Below are positions 23,901 to 32,713 of a stretch of 64,000 nucleotides of DNA, piece after piece. The notes under the pieces were generated by a model, which was not told where the DNA came from, ran no database searches, and was given only the letters and a program-made list of their open reading frames with translations. Location: the NCBI GenBank assembly GCA_963677435.1, contig OY781945.1, positions 864,001-928,000 on the forward strand, in the 5' to 3' direction. Numbering within the stretch: the first letter of the stretch is position 1; each line of letters begins with the position of its first letter. The position numbers and the translations under genes were made by a program. This DNA is from an uncultured Aliarcobacter sp. (GTDB lineage: Bacteria; Campylobacterota; Campylobacteria; Campylobacterales; Arcobacteraceae).

Positions 23901-25948
23901 GAATCAGCTATTTGTCTATGATAAAGTTTTAAATCTTTTTCTTTTATTGAAGAGTAAATTGCTTGTTGAATTCTATCATGTGAAAAATGATAGACTTGAT
24001 TTATGTCCTTTGTTATCCATTCATCAAGAATAGCTTGATTAAGTAAATTTTTGAATTCAAAATCATTATTGTAAATATCTTTTATTAAATTTTCTTCAAA
24101 TTTATTCCCAATACAAGATGCAATTTTTAAGAATTTACTATTTTTAGGTTCTAGAAGGTTAATTCTATTTTCTAAAAGTTGAAGAATATTTTGTGTTGCA
24201 GAAATACTTGATAATTTATTAAAATCACATATCCAAGTAAATTTTTCATAATCAAAATACAATACATTATTACTTAGAAGTTGTTTCAAAAATTGTTTAA
24301 CAAAAAATGCATTTCCTGATGTTTTATTAAAAACAATTTTAGCTATATCTTCACTATTTCTAATATTTATGTTGTTATCAATTAAATTTTTTATATCAAG
24401 TATTTTTAAAGGTTTTAAATTATAAACAAAGGTTTTTATTTCGTTTTTTTCTAGCTCTTTTATAAGTAAAGATAACGAAGAATCATCTTTTACTTCATTG
24501 TCTCTATAAGAGATAATTATAAATACATTAGAAAGTCTGTAAATTGCTTTTTCAAGCCAATTTAATGTGATATTATCGCTCCATTGCATATCATCTAAAA
24601 AAATAAATAAAGGTTCTTCTTTTGTTGCAAAAAGTTGAAGATACTTAAATAAATAGTTGTCAAATCTAATTTTTCCATCATTTGGATTTAATTCAACAAG
24701 TTCGTCTTTTTCTCCTAATATAATTTTTAATTCAGGAATAATTCCATAAAGAACTTTTACTTCATCTCCTAAAGCTGAGATAATTTTTTCTTTCCAAATT
24801 TGATGATTTATTTCATCTTTTGTAAGAATTTGTTCTGACAATTCTCTAAGTTTATTATATAAAATTTTGTAAGGAGTATTTTGTTTATAATTATCAAGTT
24901 TAACTTGTAAAATTTGATTAGGATTTTTACTTGCATGTTCTAAAGCTTTTTTTACAAAACTAGTTTTCCCAACCCCTGAATAACCTGTAATAATAAATAA
25001 ATTATTTGTATTTTGTGTATTTGAAATATTTTTTATAAAAGAGTCCAAATCTCTTTTTCTTCCAAATAGAGTATTGTTATTACTAATTGAAAAATCTTTT
25101 TTAAAGTGATCTATTTTAAATTCATTTAATACTTTATTTTTCTCCATTAAATTTTTGATTTTTTTTAAATCAACTAATAAAGATAAAATACTGCTATATC
25201 TCTCTGATAGATTTTTTACTAACATTTTATCTATAATATTTGAAATAATTTTTGGAATTGAAGAATCAATTTCATAAATTGATAAAAACTCTTTTGTAAC
25301 AATACTATGTGATAAAGAAGTTAAATCCTCCAAATTATATGGAGGAAATCCTGTAAGGATTTCATAAAATATAATTCCTAAAGAATAAATATCTGTAAGT
25401 TCAGAAATCTTTTCACTAATTCTATTGGTTTGTTCAGGTGCTTTATAAACATCTGTGTGATTAAACTGATAATGATTTGAATCTATTTCCTTTTTAAATT
25501 TTGCATAACAAAGATTTAAAATTTTGATTTCATTATTTTTATTAATAAGTATGCAAGATGATGAAAGATTACTATGAATGATATTTTGTTTGTGCAAATA
25601 TAAAAAAGATTCTGAAATTTTTATTGCAAGTTCAACAAAAGAGTTTAAATCAAATTTTTTATTTTGAATAATCTTTTTAAGTGTTTCTCCCTCAAAATAT
25701 TCAAAAATCAAAGCATAATTATTTCCAATTTTTTCAAGTTTTTTCGCACTTAGAATATCTTTATAATTACATAATTTTAATTTATCAAATTCATTTTGTA
25801 GTTTCTTTAACTCTTTTTCATTTGTATAAGAGTTTTTAGTAGTTTTTATAATAATGTTTTCATTATCTGGGAGTGCTTGCGCTAAAAATAGTTCAAAAGA
25901 GTAAGAAGAATCTACTTTTCTTAAAAGTTTATAATTTTTAGCTAGCAA
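20963..25948 (-). CDS. Multidomain signalling protein: degenerate Ser/Thr kinase-like, STAND/AAA ATPase, helical repeats, GAF, coiled coil, GGDEF diguanylate cyclase
   Basis: YKAPEQ and DIYSLGIIFYEILTG kinase C-lobe, GYSGVGKT and FLDDMQWSD Walker motifs, FSHDRIQQA, GAF KSILCLPL...GIIYLEN, DIDYFKLYNDYYGH and RYGGEEF. Confidence 0.9.
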   Translation of the reverse strand: MLAKNYKLLRKVDSSYSFELFLAQALPDNENIIIKTTKNSYTNEKELKKLQNEFDKLKLCNYKDILSAKKLEKIGNNYALIFEYFEGETLKKIIQNKKFDLNSFVELAIKISESFLYLHKQNIIHSNLSSSCILINKNNEIKILNLCYAKFKKEIDSNHYQFNHTDVYKAPEQTNRISEKISELTDIYSLGIIFYEILTGFPPYNLEDLTSLSHSIVTKEFLSIYEIDSSIPKIISNIIDKMLVKNLSERYSSILSLLVDLKKIKNLMEKNKVLNEFKIDHFKKDFSISNNNTLFGRKRDLDSFIKNISNTQNTNNLFIITGYSGVGKTSFVKKALEHASKNPNQILQVKLDNYKQNTPYKILYNKLRELSEQILTKDEINHQIWKEKIISALGDEVKVLYGIIPELKIILGEKDELVELNPNDGKIRFDNYLFKYLQLFATKEEPLFIFLDDMQWSDNITLNWLEKAIYRLSNVFIIISYRDNEVKDDSSLSLLIKELEKNEIKTFVYNLKPLKILDIKNLIDNNINIRNSEDIAKIVFNKTSGNAFFVKQFLKQLLSNNVLYFDYEKFTWICDFNKLSSISATQNILQLLENRINLLEPKNSKFLKIASCIGNKFEENLIKDIYNNDFEFKNLLNQAILDEWITKDINQVYHFSHDRIQQAIYSSIKEKDLKLYHRQIADSIIKLNIHIENNDFLTYINHYNKAKELFITNEEKDFLANLNYEAALTARKNGDFIMSQKYMQEAFSLFLDLSKKENYCEILKNYAICEHLILNKKDALVYYIKAIENSSSNLEKAYIYELIIKLYSEFSDFNEAYNIGREALTLFDVKIPKKFNGFIFAKEFLYLKFKLKNKNPEELINLSCTNDEQIIISIKLLSAILKTAYQIDPKLCVLTSMKLIKICLEHGDTKDAVIGFMVYGVIFQGAILGNHKLGYKYSQLAMKMIEKYKNNILYPEVSFVCGYFGLSWTVPTTTTEQKWFEAYTNGLIIGDLFHSGCAAAGIIQSMFLRGVDFQSILSQIEIFEKNLERINAKEQLGAILSVKQAIKNLQGKTISQNSFNDDNFSENSYEKSLDTYSSKHFAHYYYINKMIVLYIHKKYNDAYNFYLKSKKYLNDSKGTIHGSEHFFYESLILAKRYDDVNYGLKKRYLTILNRNLKLFEKYSLESPENFLVRKNILKAELAKIKKNYTEAFAYLESAIETADMYSQINLKAIANRILVESYKELNQSKVSELLKKEEFKSLLEWGMNIDEYNQDKNVNYSEQLLDLNTLIKSTEAIIKEQKLANLLKNLLSTILENAGAQYAIVLLKDENSYFVEATASYKSNNIEVMQNIELEKFKNIAHNIVNYVIRTKKPIIINDLNNHTTFFQEEDTLRRGVKSILCLPLILHNDIKGIIYLENNAISGIFTKDKIDLLKHLSGQIAISIENAIIYNNLEKKVQQRTKELDKKNEELEKQNIQLQLQNNKILELNSNIVKENEKRKEVEEKLHEAIKQLDLLATTDALTNIKNRRVFDIVLEQECSKINRTNDSLSLIMCDIDYFKLYNDYYGHLQGDECLKQIAQCIQANLKRSSDIVARYGGEEFGIIMPNTSRQAALDIARNIQEAISKLDIAHEKSQINEKVTLSMGLATTDDIEEISTKNLIRFADYKLYEAKEKGRNQIL

Positions 25949-26030
25949 TTTTTACCTTATTTTAATTGGAATAAATTTTATTATATAATAAAGTATTTTA
26001 GTTTATAGATAAAATGAGTATAAATAATAA

Positions 26031-26828
26031 TTATGTAGTTATTATTTTCGCTTGTTCTCTCACATTTAGTTTGTGACAGATTTTAATTCCATATAAAAAT
26101 ATAATCCAAGAGATATAAATCCAAAAAAATGTAAATAATAATGTTGCTAATGAGCCATAAATTGTTGTATATGTTTTATTATAAATTACATAATAAACAA
26201 ATAAATTTTTTGTTATGGATAGAACTGATAGTGTAATAAATGATGAAATTAAAGCTGCTTTATTATCTATTTTTCTATTTACACTTAATTTAAATAGTGC
26301 AAAAAATATTATCCATGCAAATATATGTGAAAGTATATTTTGTAAAAAGACATTATCGTAAAGTGTTATAAGTATATTTGATGCAGTAAATGCAATAGGA
26401 AGTATTGCTAAAAATAAAGAATAAAAAATAAAAGAGAAATGAATTGATTTTCTTTTTGCTTTATGGATTTTATTTACTATATATTCATAATCTTTAAAAA
26501 ACATAATAAATACAAAAAGCATATATATAACACCTAAAAAACCTAATTTACTTGAGTTTGAGATATAGTTTTTAAGTGCATTTATAATTTCATCTGAATG
26601 GGTTGGATTTATTATATTTAAAATGTATGTTATAAAAATATCAATGTAAGTATCAAACTCTGAAAAAGAAGAGATGATTGCAATAAATAAAGCAAGAATT
26701 GGAAGAATAGAAAAAATAGTAAAGAAGCTTAAAGATGCAGCATAATAAGTAGTATCATCATTAAAAAATGAATCTAATTTATTTATAACTTTTCTTAAAA
26801 AACTTTCTTTACTATCAGAACTATTCAT
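26031..26828 (-). CDS. yihY: YihY/virulence factor BrkB family membrane protein
   Basis: AASLSFFTIFSILP and YTTIYGSLA...WIYISW motifs. Confidence 0.85.
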   Translation of the reverse strand: MNSSDSKESFLRKVINKLDSFFNDDTTYYAASLSFFTIFSILPILALFIAIISSFSEFDTYIDIFITYILNIINPTHSDEIINALKNYISNSSKLGFLGVIYMLFVFIMFFKDYEYIVNKIHKAKRKSIHFSFIFYSLFLAILPIAFTASNILITLYDNVFLQNILSHIFAWIIFFALFKLSVNRKIDNKAALISSFITLSVLSITKNLFVYYVIYNKTYTTIYGSLATLLFTFFWIYISWIIFLYGIKICHKLNVREQAKIITT

Positions 26829-26832
26829 TGTA

Positions 26833-28221
26833 TTATAAACCCATTTTAAATGGATTTAAAATATTATTTGGATCAAATGCTTTTTTGATATTTCTAAATA
26901 GATTCATTTCAGCTTCTGTAAATGCAATGTGCATAAATGGAGCTTTTGATGTACCAATTCCATGTTCACCACTTAAAGTTCCGCCTAAATCTACAACATA
27001 TTGAAAAATTTCTTCGATGGCTTTGTGTCCGTCTTCCATCTCTTTTTCATTTGTTTTATCTTTTACCATTACATTAACATGGATATTTCCATCTCCTGCA
27101 TGTCCAAAACAAGGAACTTGGAAACCATATTTTTCACCAATTTTGTAAATCCCATCAAGGGCAACTGGTAATTTACTTCTTGGAACAGAAATATCTTCAT
27201 TTAATTTTTTAGTTCCATAAATCATAGTTGCTGGACTTGCATTTCGTCTAGCAAACCAAAGTTTTTTACCTTCTTCTTCATCTTTTGCAATAATAAATTC
27301 AGTTGAACCATTTGCTGCAAATGATTCTTTTAAAGTTTGAAGTTGTGAATCAATCTCTGCCATTGAACTAGCATCAACATCACCAACTAAAATTCCTCCT
27401 GCATTATCTGGAAGTGAAATTTGTGGGAATTTTTGTTTTAGTGCTTTAATTACAAGGGCATCCAAAAATTCCATAGCAACTGGATTTGCACCAGCTGCTA
27501 GTGATTTAAACACTGCTGTCATTGCTGTATCAACGCTTGGGAAAACTCCCATATAAGTTTGTTTAAATTTTGGTTTAGGAATCAATTTTAAAGTGATTTC
27601 TGTGATAATTGCTAAAGTTCCTTCACTTGCTATTAAGATACCAGCTGTGTTATATCCAGCAACATCTTTAATAGTTTTTTTACCAGCAACTATAATATCT
27701 CCATTTGGTAAAACAGCTCTTAATGCCATTACATAATCTTTTGTAATACCATATTTAGCAGCTCTCATTCCACCTGCATTTTCACTTACATTTCCTCCAA
27801 GTGTCGAATATTCTTCACTTGCTGGATCTGGTGGATAAAATAATCCAACTGCTTCAACTGCTTTTTGGAATTCCATATTAATAAGTCCTGGTTGAACAAC
27901 TCCCACCATATTTTCCATATCAATTTCAAGAAGTTTATTCATATGTCTCTCTAAAGAAAGGATAATCCCACCACTTGCTGGTAATGCTCCACCTGTAAAT
28001 CCAGAACCAGCACCTCTTGGTACGATGATTATTTGATGTTCATTACAATATTTTAAAATATCTGAAATATCTTGTTCATGTTTTGGAAATACAACTGCAT
28101 CAGGTTCAAATCTAGTTCTTGTTGCATCATAACAAAAAGCGATTAAATGAGCTTTATCGCTTTTTATATTTTCTTCTCCAACAATTGAAGTAATATAATC
28201 TAAGTGTTTTTTGTCAATCAT
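26833..28221 (-). CDS. glcD: FAD-linked oxidase, glycolate oxidase subunit GlcD-like (2-hydroxyacid dehydrogenase)
   Basis: PRGAGSG, YPPDPAS, GHAGDGNIH and GEHGIG motifs. Confidence 0.85.
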   Translation of the reverse strand: MIDKKHLDYITSIVGEENIKSDKAHLIAFCYDATRTRFEPDAVVFPKHEQDISDILKYCNEHQIIIVPRGAGSGFTGGALPASGGIILSLERHMNKLLEIDMENMVGVVQPGLINMEFQKAVEAVGLFYPPDPASEEYSTLGGNVSENAGGMRAAKYGITKDYVMALRAVLPNGDIIVAGKKTIKDVAGYNTAGILIASEGTLAIITEITLKLIPKPKFKQTYMGVFPSVDTAMTAVFKSLAAGANPVAMEFLDALVIKALKQKFPQISLPDNAGGILVGDVDASSMAEIDSQLQTLKESFAANGSTEFIIAKDEEEGKKLWFARRNASPATMIYGTKKLNEDISVPRSKLPVALDGIYKIGEKYGFQVPCFGHAGDGNIHVNVMVKDKTNEKEMEDGHKAIEEIFQYVVDLGGTLSGEHGIGTSKAPFMHIAFTEAEMNLFRNIKKAFDPNNILNPFKMGL

Positions 28222-29243
28222 TAGTTAATTCCTAAAATTCTTTTATAATAATCGTTGTAACTTAAGTTCTTTTTACCTGAGAAGAAATCAAAAAATGACC
28301 AATGAAAAATTGTATCTTCGATCTCTTCAACTCTTGTATAAAATGGCATTTTTACTTCTGCCGTGTTATCATAATTAATTGCATAACTTTGTAGAATTGT
28401 AAATGTTTTTGTATCAATAACAAAAACTTTATTTTCAATTACCATAAAGATTGTTCCAAGATTTTGTTCAATTGCAAATTTTTGAATATCTTCTTTTGTA
28501 GGATATGGAATATTATCTACTTTTAATTTTGCAGCAAAAATATCTGAGTGAATAAAGTTATTTAATTTAAAACCATCTCTTACACTTTGGAAAGCATCTA
28601 AATCTGGTGCTATTAATAAAGATGAGTTATACATGTAATTTAAAATTAAAATATCATTGATAGCTACAATTCTATTTGATGTTGGAATTGCATCTTGTTC
28701 TAAATCATTGAATGCAAAAAATTCAACAACTGAACTATTTGCATTTGAACTTATAACTTTTGCATTTGAAACTATTAATCTTTTGTCATTATTAAAAACA
28801 TGAACAACAATTCCTGTTTGTCCAACGATTAGATTTCCTACATCAATAGTACTTTTCTCATCTTGAATATTTGTTATTTTTGTACCAATTGGCTTAATTG
28901 AAAACTCATTATTTGATATTTTTGGATTTTCAGTAATTGAAGTTTGTAATAAGATATTACTATTATTTTGTTTTGTATTATTACCTTTTGTAAAATAGTA
29001 AGTATAATTAAATTTATTTTTTGAAGAATTAATTTTAATATCTAAAACATCCCAACCATTATCTTTCATATCATTTAAAGATAATTTTCCATTACAAATA
29101 CCACCATCAAGTGCAACATCTTCAATTAAAGAAGGTTTTTCTACCTCATTTTTATAACAAGTTGTATCTTGAGCAAATGCTAGATTTGATAATAAACAAG
29201 TGCTTGCGCCAACTAATAAAAGCTTACTAAATATTTTCGTCAT
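28221..29243 (-). CDS. Exported protein, plasminogen-binding protein N-terminal (PgbA-like) domain
   Basis: Signal peptide from ATG 29243, GQTGIVVH, LNYMYNSSLLIAP, FIHSDIFA and PFYTRV segments, Campylobacterota synteny with glcD. Confidence 0.7.
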   Translation of the reverse strand: MTKIFSKLLLVGASTCLLSNLAFAQDTTCYKNEVEKPSLIEDVALDGGICNGKLSLNDMKDNGWDVLDIKINSSKNKFNYTYYFTKGNNTKQNNSNILLQTSITENPKISNNEFSIKPIGTKITNIQDEKSTIDVGNLIVGQTGIVVHVFNNDKRLIVSNAKVISSNANSSVVEFFAFNDLEQDAIPTSNRIVAINDILILNYMYNSSLLIAPDLDAFQSVRDGFKLNNFIHSDIFAAKLKVDNIPYPTKEDIQKFAIEQNLGTIFMVIENKVFVIDTKTFTILQSYAINYDNTAEVKMPFYTRVEEIEDTIFHWSFFDFFSGKKNLSYNDYYKRILGIN

Positions 29244-29256
29244 TGTTATTCCTAAT

Positions 29257-29763
29257 TTAAATTGATTGTAATTCTTGAAGTTTAGCTTTAACTTCATCTA
29301 CATGTAAAATTTCTATTTTTTCACCTTTTACACTTTTTTTCTTTCTAACACTTACTTTATCCCAAATAGCTGCAATTTTTCCTTCAGGATTTATGATAAA
29401 TGTGCTTCTAACAACTCCCATAAACTCTTTACCCATGAATTGTTTTAATTGCCAAACTCCATAATCTTCACACATTTTTTTGTCTGTATCAGATAAAAGA
29501 GTAATTGTTAAATCATATTTATCAATAAATTTTCTATGTTTTAGTGTATCATCAGCACTAACACCTAAAATAACAGCATCTAAATCATCAAAAGATGAGT
29601 GTTTATCTGTAAAATCACAAGCTTCAGTAGTACAACCAGGAGTTAAATCTTTTGGATAAAAGTATAAAACTATCCATTTTCCTGCTAAGTCTCTTGAACA
29701 AATCTCAACATCATCTTGATTTGGTGCACAAAAACTAGGTGCTATATCTCCAACTTTTAACAT
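29257..29763 (-). CDS. bcp: Thioredoxin-dependent peroxiredoxin BCP
   Basis: LYFYPKDLTPGCTTEAC. ATG at 29763 follows an AAGGA RBS. Confidence 0.92.
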   Translation of the reverse strand: MLKVGDIAPSFCAPNQDDVEICSRDLAGKWIVLYFYPKDLTPGCTTEACDFTDKHSSFDDLDAVILGVSADDTLKHRKFIDKYDLTITLLSDTDKKMCEDYGVWQLKQFMGKEFMGVVRSTFIINPEGKIAAIWDKVSVRKKKSVKGEKIEILHVDEVKAKLQELQSI

Positions 29764-29780
29764 ATTAAAAATCCTTTTAT

Positions 29781-30491
29781 CTATTTTTTTATTGCTATAA
29801 ATGTTGCAAAATTCACCCATTTGAAAATAGTTTCACAATGGGAAAATCCAGCATCTAATATCATTTTTTTATTTTCTTCTTCTGTATATGGAATTAGTAC
29901 ATTTTCTAAAGCTTCTCTTTTTTGAGATATCTCAAATTCACTATAACCTTGAGTCTTTTTGAACTCATAATATTCATCAATAGATTGTTTATTTAGTGTT
30001 GAATTTGAAGAGATAACTTTTTCACTAAAGATAAAAATACCTTTTTCTTCTAGTGAATCATATATTTTTTTTACTAACTTTTCTCTTTGAAGTGGTCTGA
30101 TAAATTGTAAAGTGTAGTTTGAAAGAATCAGTTTTGCATTTTCATAGTTTACATCATGTAAATCAGCATTTATAAAATCTATATCAACTCCAAAAGCTTT
30201 TGCTTTTTTTGCTGCACGGTTTAACATGGCACTAGAGTTATCTATACCAATTAACTTTAAATTATGACTACAATGTTTGCTAAGTTCAATCAAAGTTGAA
30301 GCTGTTGAGCATCCTAAGTCATAAACTTTGTCATTTTCATTTAAAAAATTGCAAGCAAAATCTATTGATAATCTTTGCATCTCTTTGTAAAAAGGAACTG
30401 ACCTGTTTAACATATCGTCAAATACTGATGCTACTTCTTCATCAAATTCAAACTGTTTGGTAATTGATTTATTAAATACTTTATCTATCAT
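29781..30491 (-). CDS. cmoA: Carboxy-S-adenosyl-L-methionine synthase CmoA
   Basis: [33 protein letters not shown] and KREALENV motifs. Confidence 0.93.
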   Translation of the reverse strand: MIDKVFNKSITKQFEFDEEVASVFDDMLNRSVPFYKEMQRLSIDFACNFLNENDKVYDLGCSTASTLIELSKHCSHNLKLIGIDNSSAMLNRAAKKAKAFGVDIDFINADLHDVNYENAKLILSNYTLQFIRPLQREKLVKKIYDSLEEKGIFIFSEKVISSNSTLNKQSIDEYYEFKKTQGYSEFEISQKREALENVLIPYTEEENKKMILDAGFSHCETIFKWVNFATFIAIKK

Positions 30492-30515
30492 TCTAATATT
30501 TTAGCTAAATGCATA

Positions 30516-31367
30516 TTAATAAATATTAATAAAGTAATTTTTTGCAGATTCTATGTCATTTAGTATCTGATTTTTTAAATCTTCAAAGCCATTAAACTTT
30601 TGATTGTCTCTAATTTTTTTAATAAATTTTATTTGAGTTGTGTAGTTACTGTTTTTTATATTTTCATTTAAAATATGAGTTTCTACAGCATAACTTCCAT
30701 CTGTTGTAACTCTATGTCCTAAAAAAGTGATAGAGTTATACTCTTTTTCATCTAAGATAGTTTTTGTAATATAAACTCCTTCTTTTGGAAGTAAAAACTC
30801 ATCAACTTTTAGATTTATTGTTGGAACAAAACTTTTAGAACCTAATCCTTGGCCTTTTATTTGGTGGCCATAGATTTTGTACTCTTTTCCTAAAAGTTTA
30901 TTTGCTGTTTGTATATCACCATCTTTTAGATATTCTCTTATAATTCTTGAATGAACAGCTATATTATCTAGTTTTATTTCATCTATAATTTTTACAACTC
31001 CTGTAAAAAGTTCTTGTAATTTATCTGTGCAATATTTTCTATTTTTACCAAAACAAAAATCATAACCAACTACTATTTTTTTTAGATTTGGAAACTCTTC
31101 TTTTAAAAGTTTTATAAATTGGTCACCCTCAAGATGTTTTATGTTATCAAGTACATAATAATAAATAGGATAAATGCTGTACTCTTGTCTATATATTTTA
31201 GGTGTTAAGTTTGCATAACCTGATTCTATTGATACAATTGCACCATGTTCATCCAAATTTTTGAAAAGTTCTTGGTGCGCAACATGCATACCATCAAATC
31301 CTCCAATTGCAATTGAAGTGATTGTACTTTTATTTACTAAAGTAGAAGAGTTCTTCTTCATTTCCAT
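30516..31367 (-). CDS. ribF: Bifunctional riboflavin kinase / FAD synthetase
   Basis: GGFDGMHVAH, VGYDFCFG, PTIN and VETHIL motifs. Start uncertain by a few codons. Confidence 0.92.
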   Translation of the reverse strand: MEMKKNSSTLVNKSTITSIAIGGFDGMHVAHQELFKNLDEHGAIVSIESGYANLTPKIYRQEYSIYPIYYYVLDNIKHLEGDQFIKLLKEEFPNLKKIVVGYDFCFGKNRKYCTDKLQELFTGVVKIIDEIKLDNIAVHSRIIREYLKDGDIQTANKLLGKEYKIYGHQIKGQGLGSKSFVPTINLKVDEFLLPKEGVYITKTILDEKEYNSITFLGHRVTTDGSYAVETHILNENIKNSNYTTQIKFIKKIRDNQKFNGFEDLKNQILNDIESAKNYFINIY

Positions 31368-32040
31368 CTTTTCCTTGTAATTTACTCATTGATGAATAAT
31401 TTAATTTCCAATTTAATGCAAAAGTATAATCTACAAATTTTTCTCTTGCTTTTATAATCGCATTTTTATCTTTTACTACACCTTTTTTATCCCTTTTTAC
31501 CTTTGTTCCTACTTCAAACTGAGGTTTAAAAAGAATAATTATATCTTTTGAAGCTAAACGATTTATATCTTCAATGATATATAAAATAGAGATAAATGAA
31601 ACATCACAAGTTACAATTTCAAAAATTTCTTCACTTTTGAAGTTTCTAATATCTGTATTTTCAAAAAATGATATTCTCTTATCATCTTTTATTCTTTGGT
31701 GCAATTGGTTTGAACCAACATCAACACAAGTAACTTTTTTTACTTCATTTTCAAGTAAAATTTGCGTAAATCCACCAGTACTGCTTCCAATATCTAGAGT
31801 ATTTTTATCTTTTAAATTAAAATGTTTTAATTCTTGTAAAAAAAATTTCAGTTTGTAAGCTGCTCTTGACACATAAAAATCCTCTTCTAAGAGTTCAATT
31901 TTGTGAAATTCTTCAACATTAAAAGATGGTTTTGTTATAATTGCGCCATCACATTTAACTTTGCTTGATTTTATTAGTTCATTTGCCTTGTTTCGGCTTT
32001 GGACATTAAAAGTGGTTGTTAAGTATAAATCTAATCTCAT
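31330..32040 (-). CDS. tlyA: TlyA rRNA (cytidine-2'-O)-methyltransferase
   Basis: MRLD S4 domain, YVSRAAYKL, DIGSSTGGFT, DVSFIS and KPQFE motifs. Confidence 0.95.
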   Translation of the reverse strand: MRLDLYLTTTFNVQSRNKANELIKSSKVKCDGAIITKPSFNVEEFHKIELLEEDFYVSRAAYKLKFFLQELKHFNLKDKNTLDIGSSTGGFTQILLENEVKKVTCVDVGSNQLHQRIKDDKRISFFENTDIRNFKSEEIFEIVTCDVSFISILYIIEDINRLASKDIIILFKPQFEVGTKVKRDKKGVVKDKNAIIKAREKFVDYTFALNWKLNYSSMSKLQGKDGNEEELFYFSK

Positions 32041-32054
32041 GGAGGCAATTATAG

Positions 32055-32627
32055 TTGAAGTTTGTTCAAAAAGAGTTTAGCTGTATATTTGAAGAAAAAA
32101 AGTCAAAATTTATAGCATATTTAATGCCCTATGAATTATTTGATATAGTGATGATTAGATTAAGAAATGAACATCCAAAAGCCAGACATTTTGTATATGC
32201 TTATCGATTTCTAAATGAGTTTGGTCAAATAGTTGAAAATAGCAGTGATGATGGAGAGCCAAAAGGTACAAGTGGAAAACCCTCTCTTGCTGTAATTGCA
32301 GGAGCCGAGATTATAAATAGTGCAGTAATAATAGTGCGTTATTTTGGCGGAGTGAAGTTGGGAACGGGCGGATTAGTTCGAGCTTATGGAGATAGCATAA
32401 ATGAAGTTATAAAAATTGCTATTTTTAAAGAGTATAAAAAACTAATAAATAAAATATTAGAGTGTGAATATACTGAACTCTCTCAATTAGAATATCTTTT
32501 AAATCAAGAAGATATACAAATAAAATCAAAAGATTTCTCTACAAATGTAAGTTTAAATATAGAACTAACATCTGAACAATTTATTATCCTAGAATCAAAA
32601 CTTTCAAGAAATATAAAAATAATTTAA
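32055..32627 (+). CDS. yigZ: YigZ/IMPACT family protein
   Basis: KKSKFIA, DDGEPKGTSG and RYFGGVKLGTGGLVRAY motifs. Confidence 0.92.
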   Translation: MKFVQKEFSCIFEEKKSKFIAYLMPYELFDIVMIRLRNEHPKARHFVYAYRFLNEFGQIVENSSDDGEPKGTSGKPSLAVIAGAEIINSAVIIVRYFGGVKLGTGGLVRAYGDSINEVIKIAIFKEYKKLINKILECEYTELSQLEYLLNQEDIQIKSKDFSTNVSLNIELTSEQFIILESKLSRNIKII

Positions 32628-32713
32628 TTTAAGATTTATATATATTTAAGCACAATTTAATATAATTTAATTTGTTATTTAATGACAAATATTAAAAATA
32701 ATGGAGTTGAATT

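Noticed and set aside
19433..26030. tRNA-anchored integrative island carrying the DGC operon
   Set aside because: No integrase or transposase is present, and I found no duplicate of the tRNA 3' end at the yihY side. Horizontal origin remains possible but is unsupported as a mobile element.
31330..32040. tlyA as a hemolysin or virulence-island marker
   Set aside because: It sits in core tlyA-ribF-cmoA synteny with intact methyltransferase motifs, so it is a housekeeping gene.
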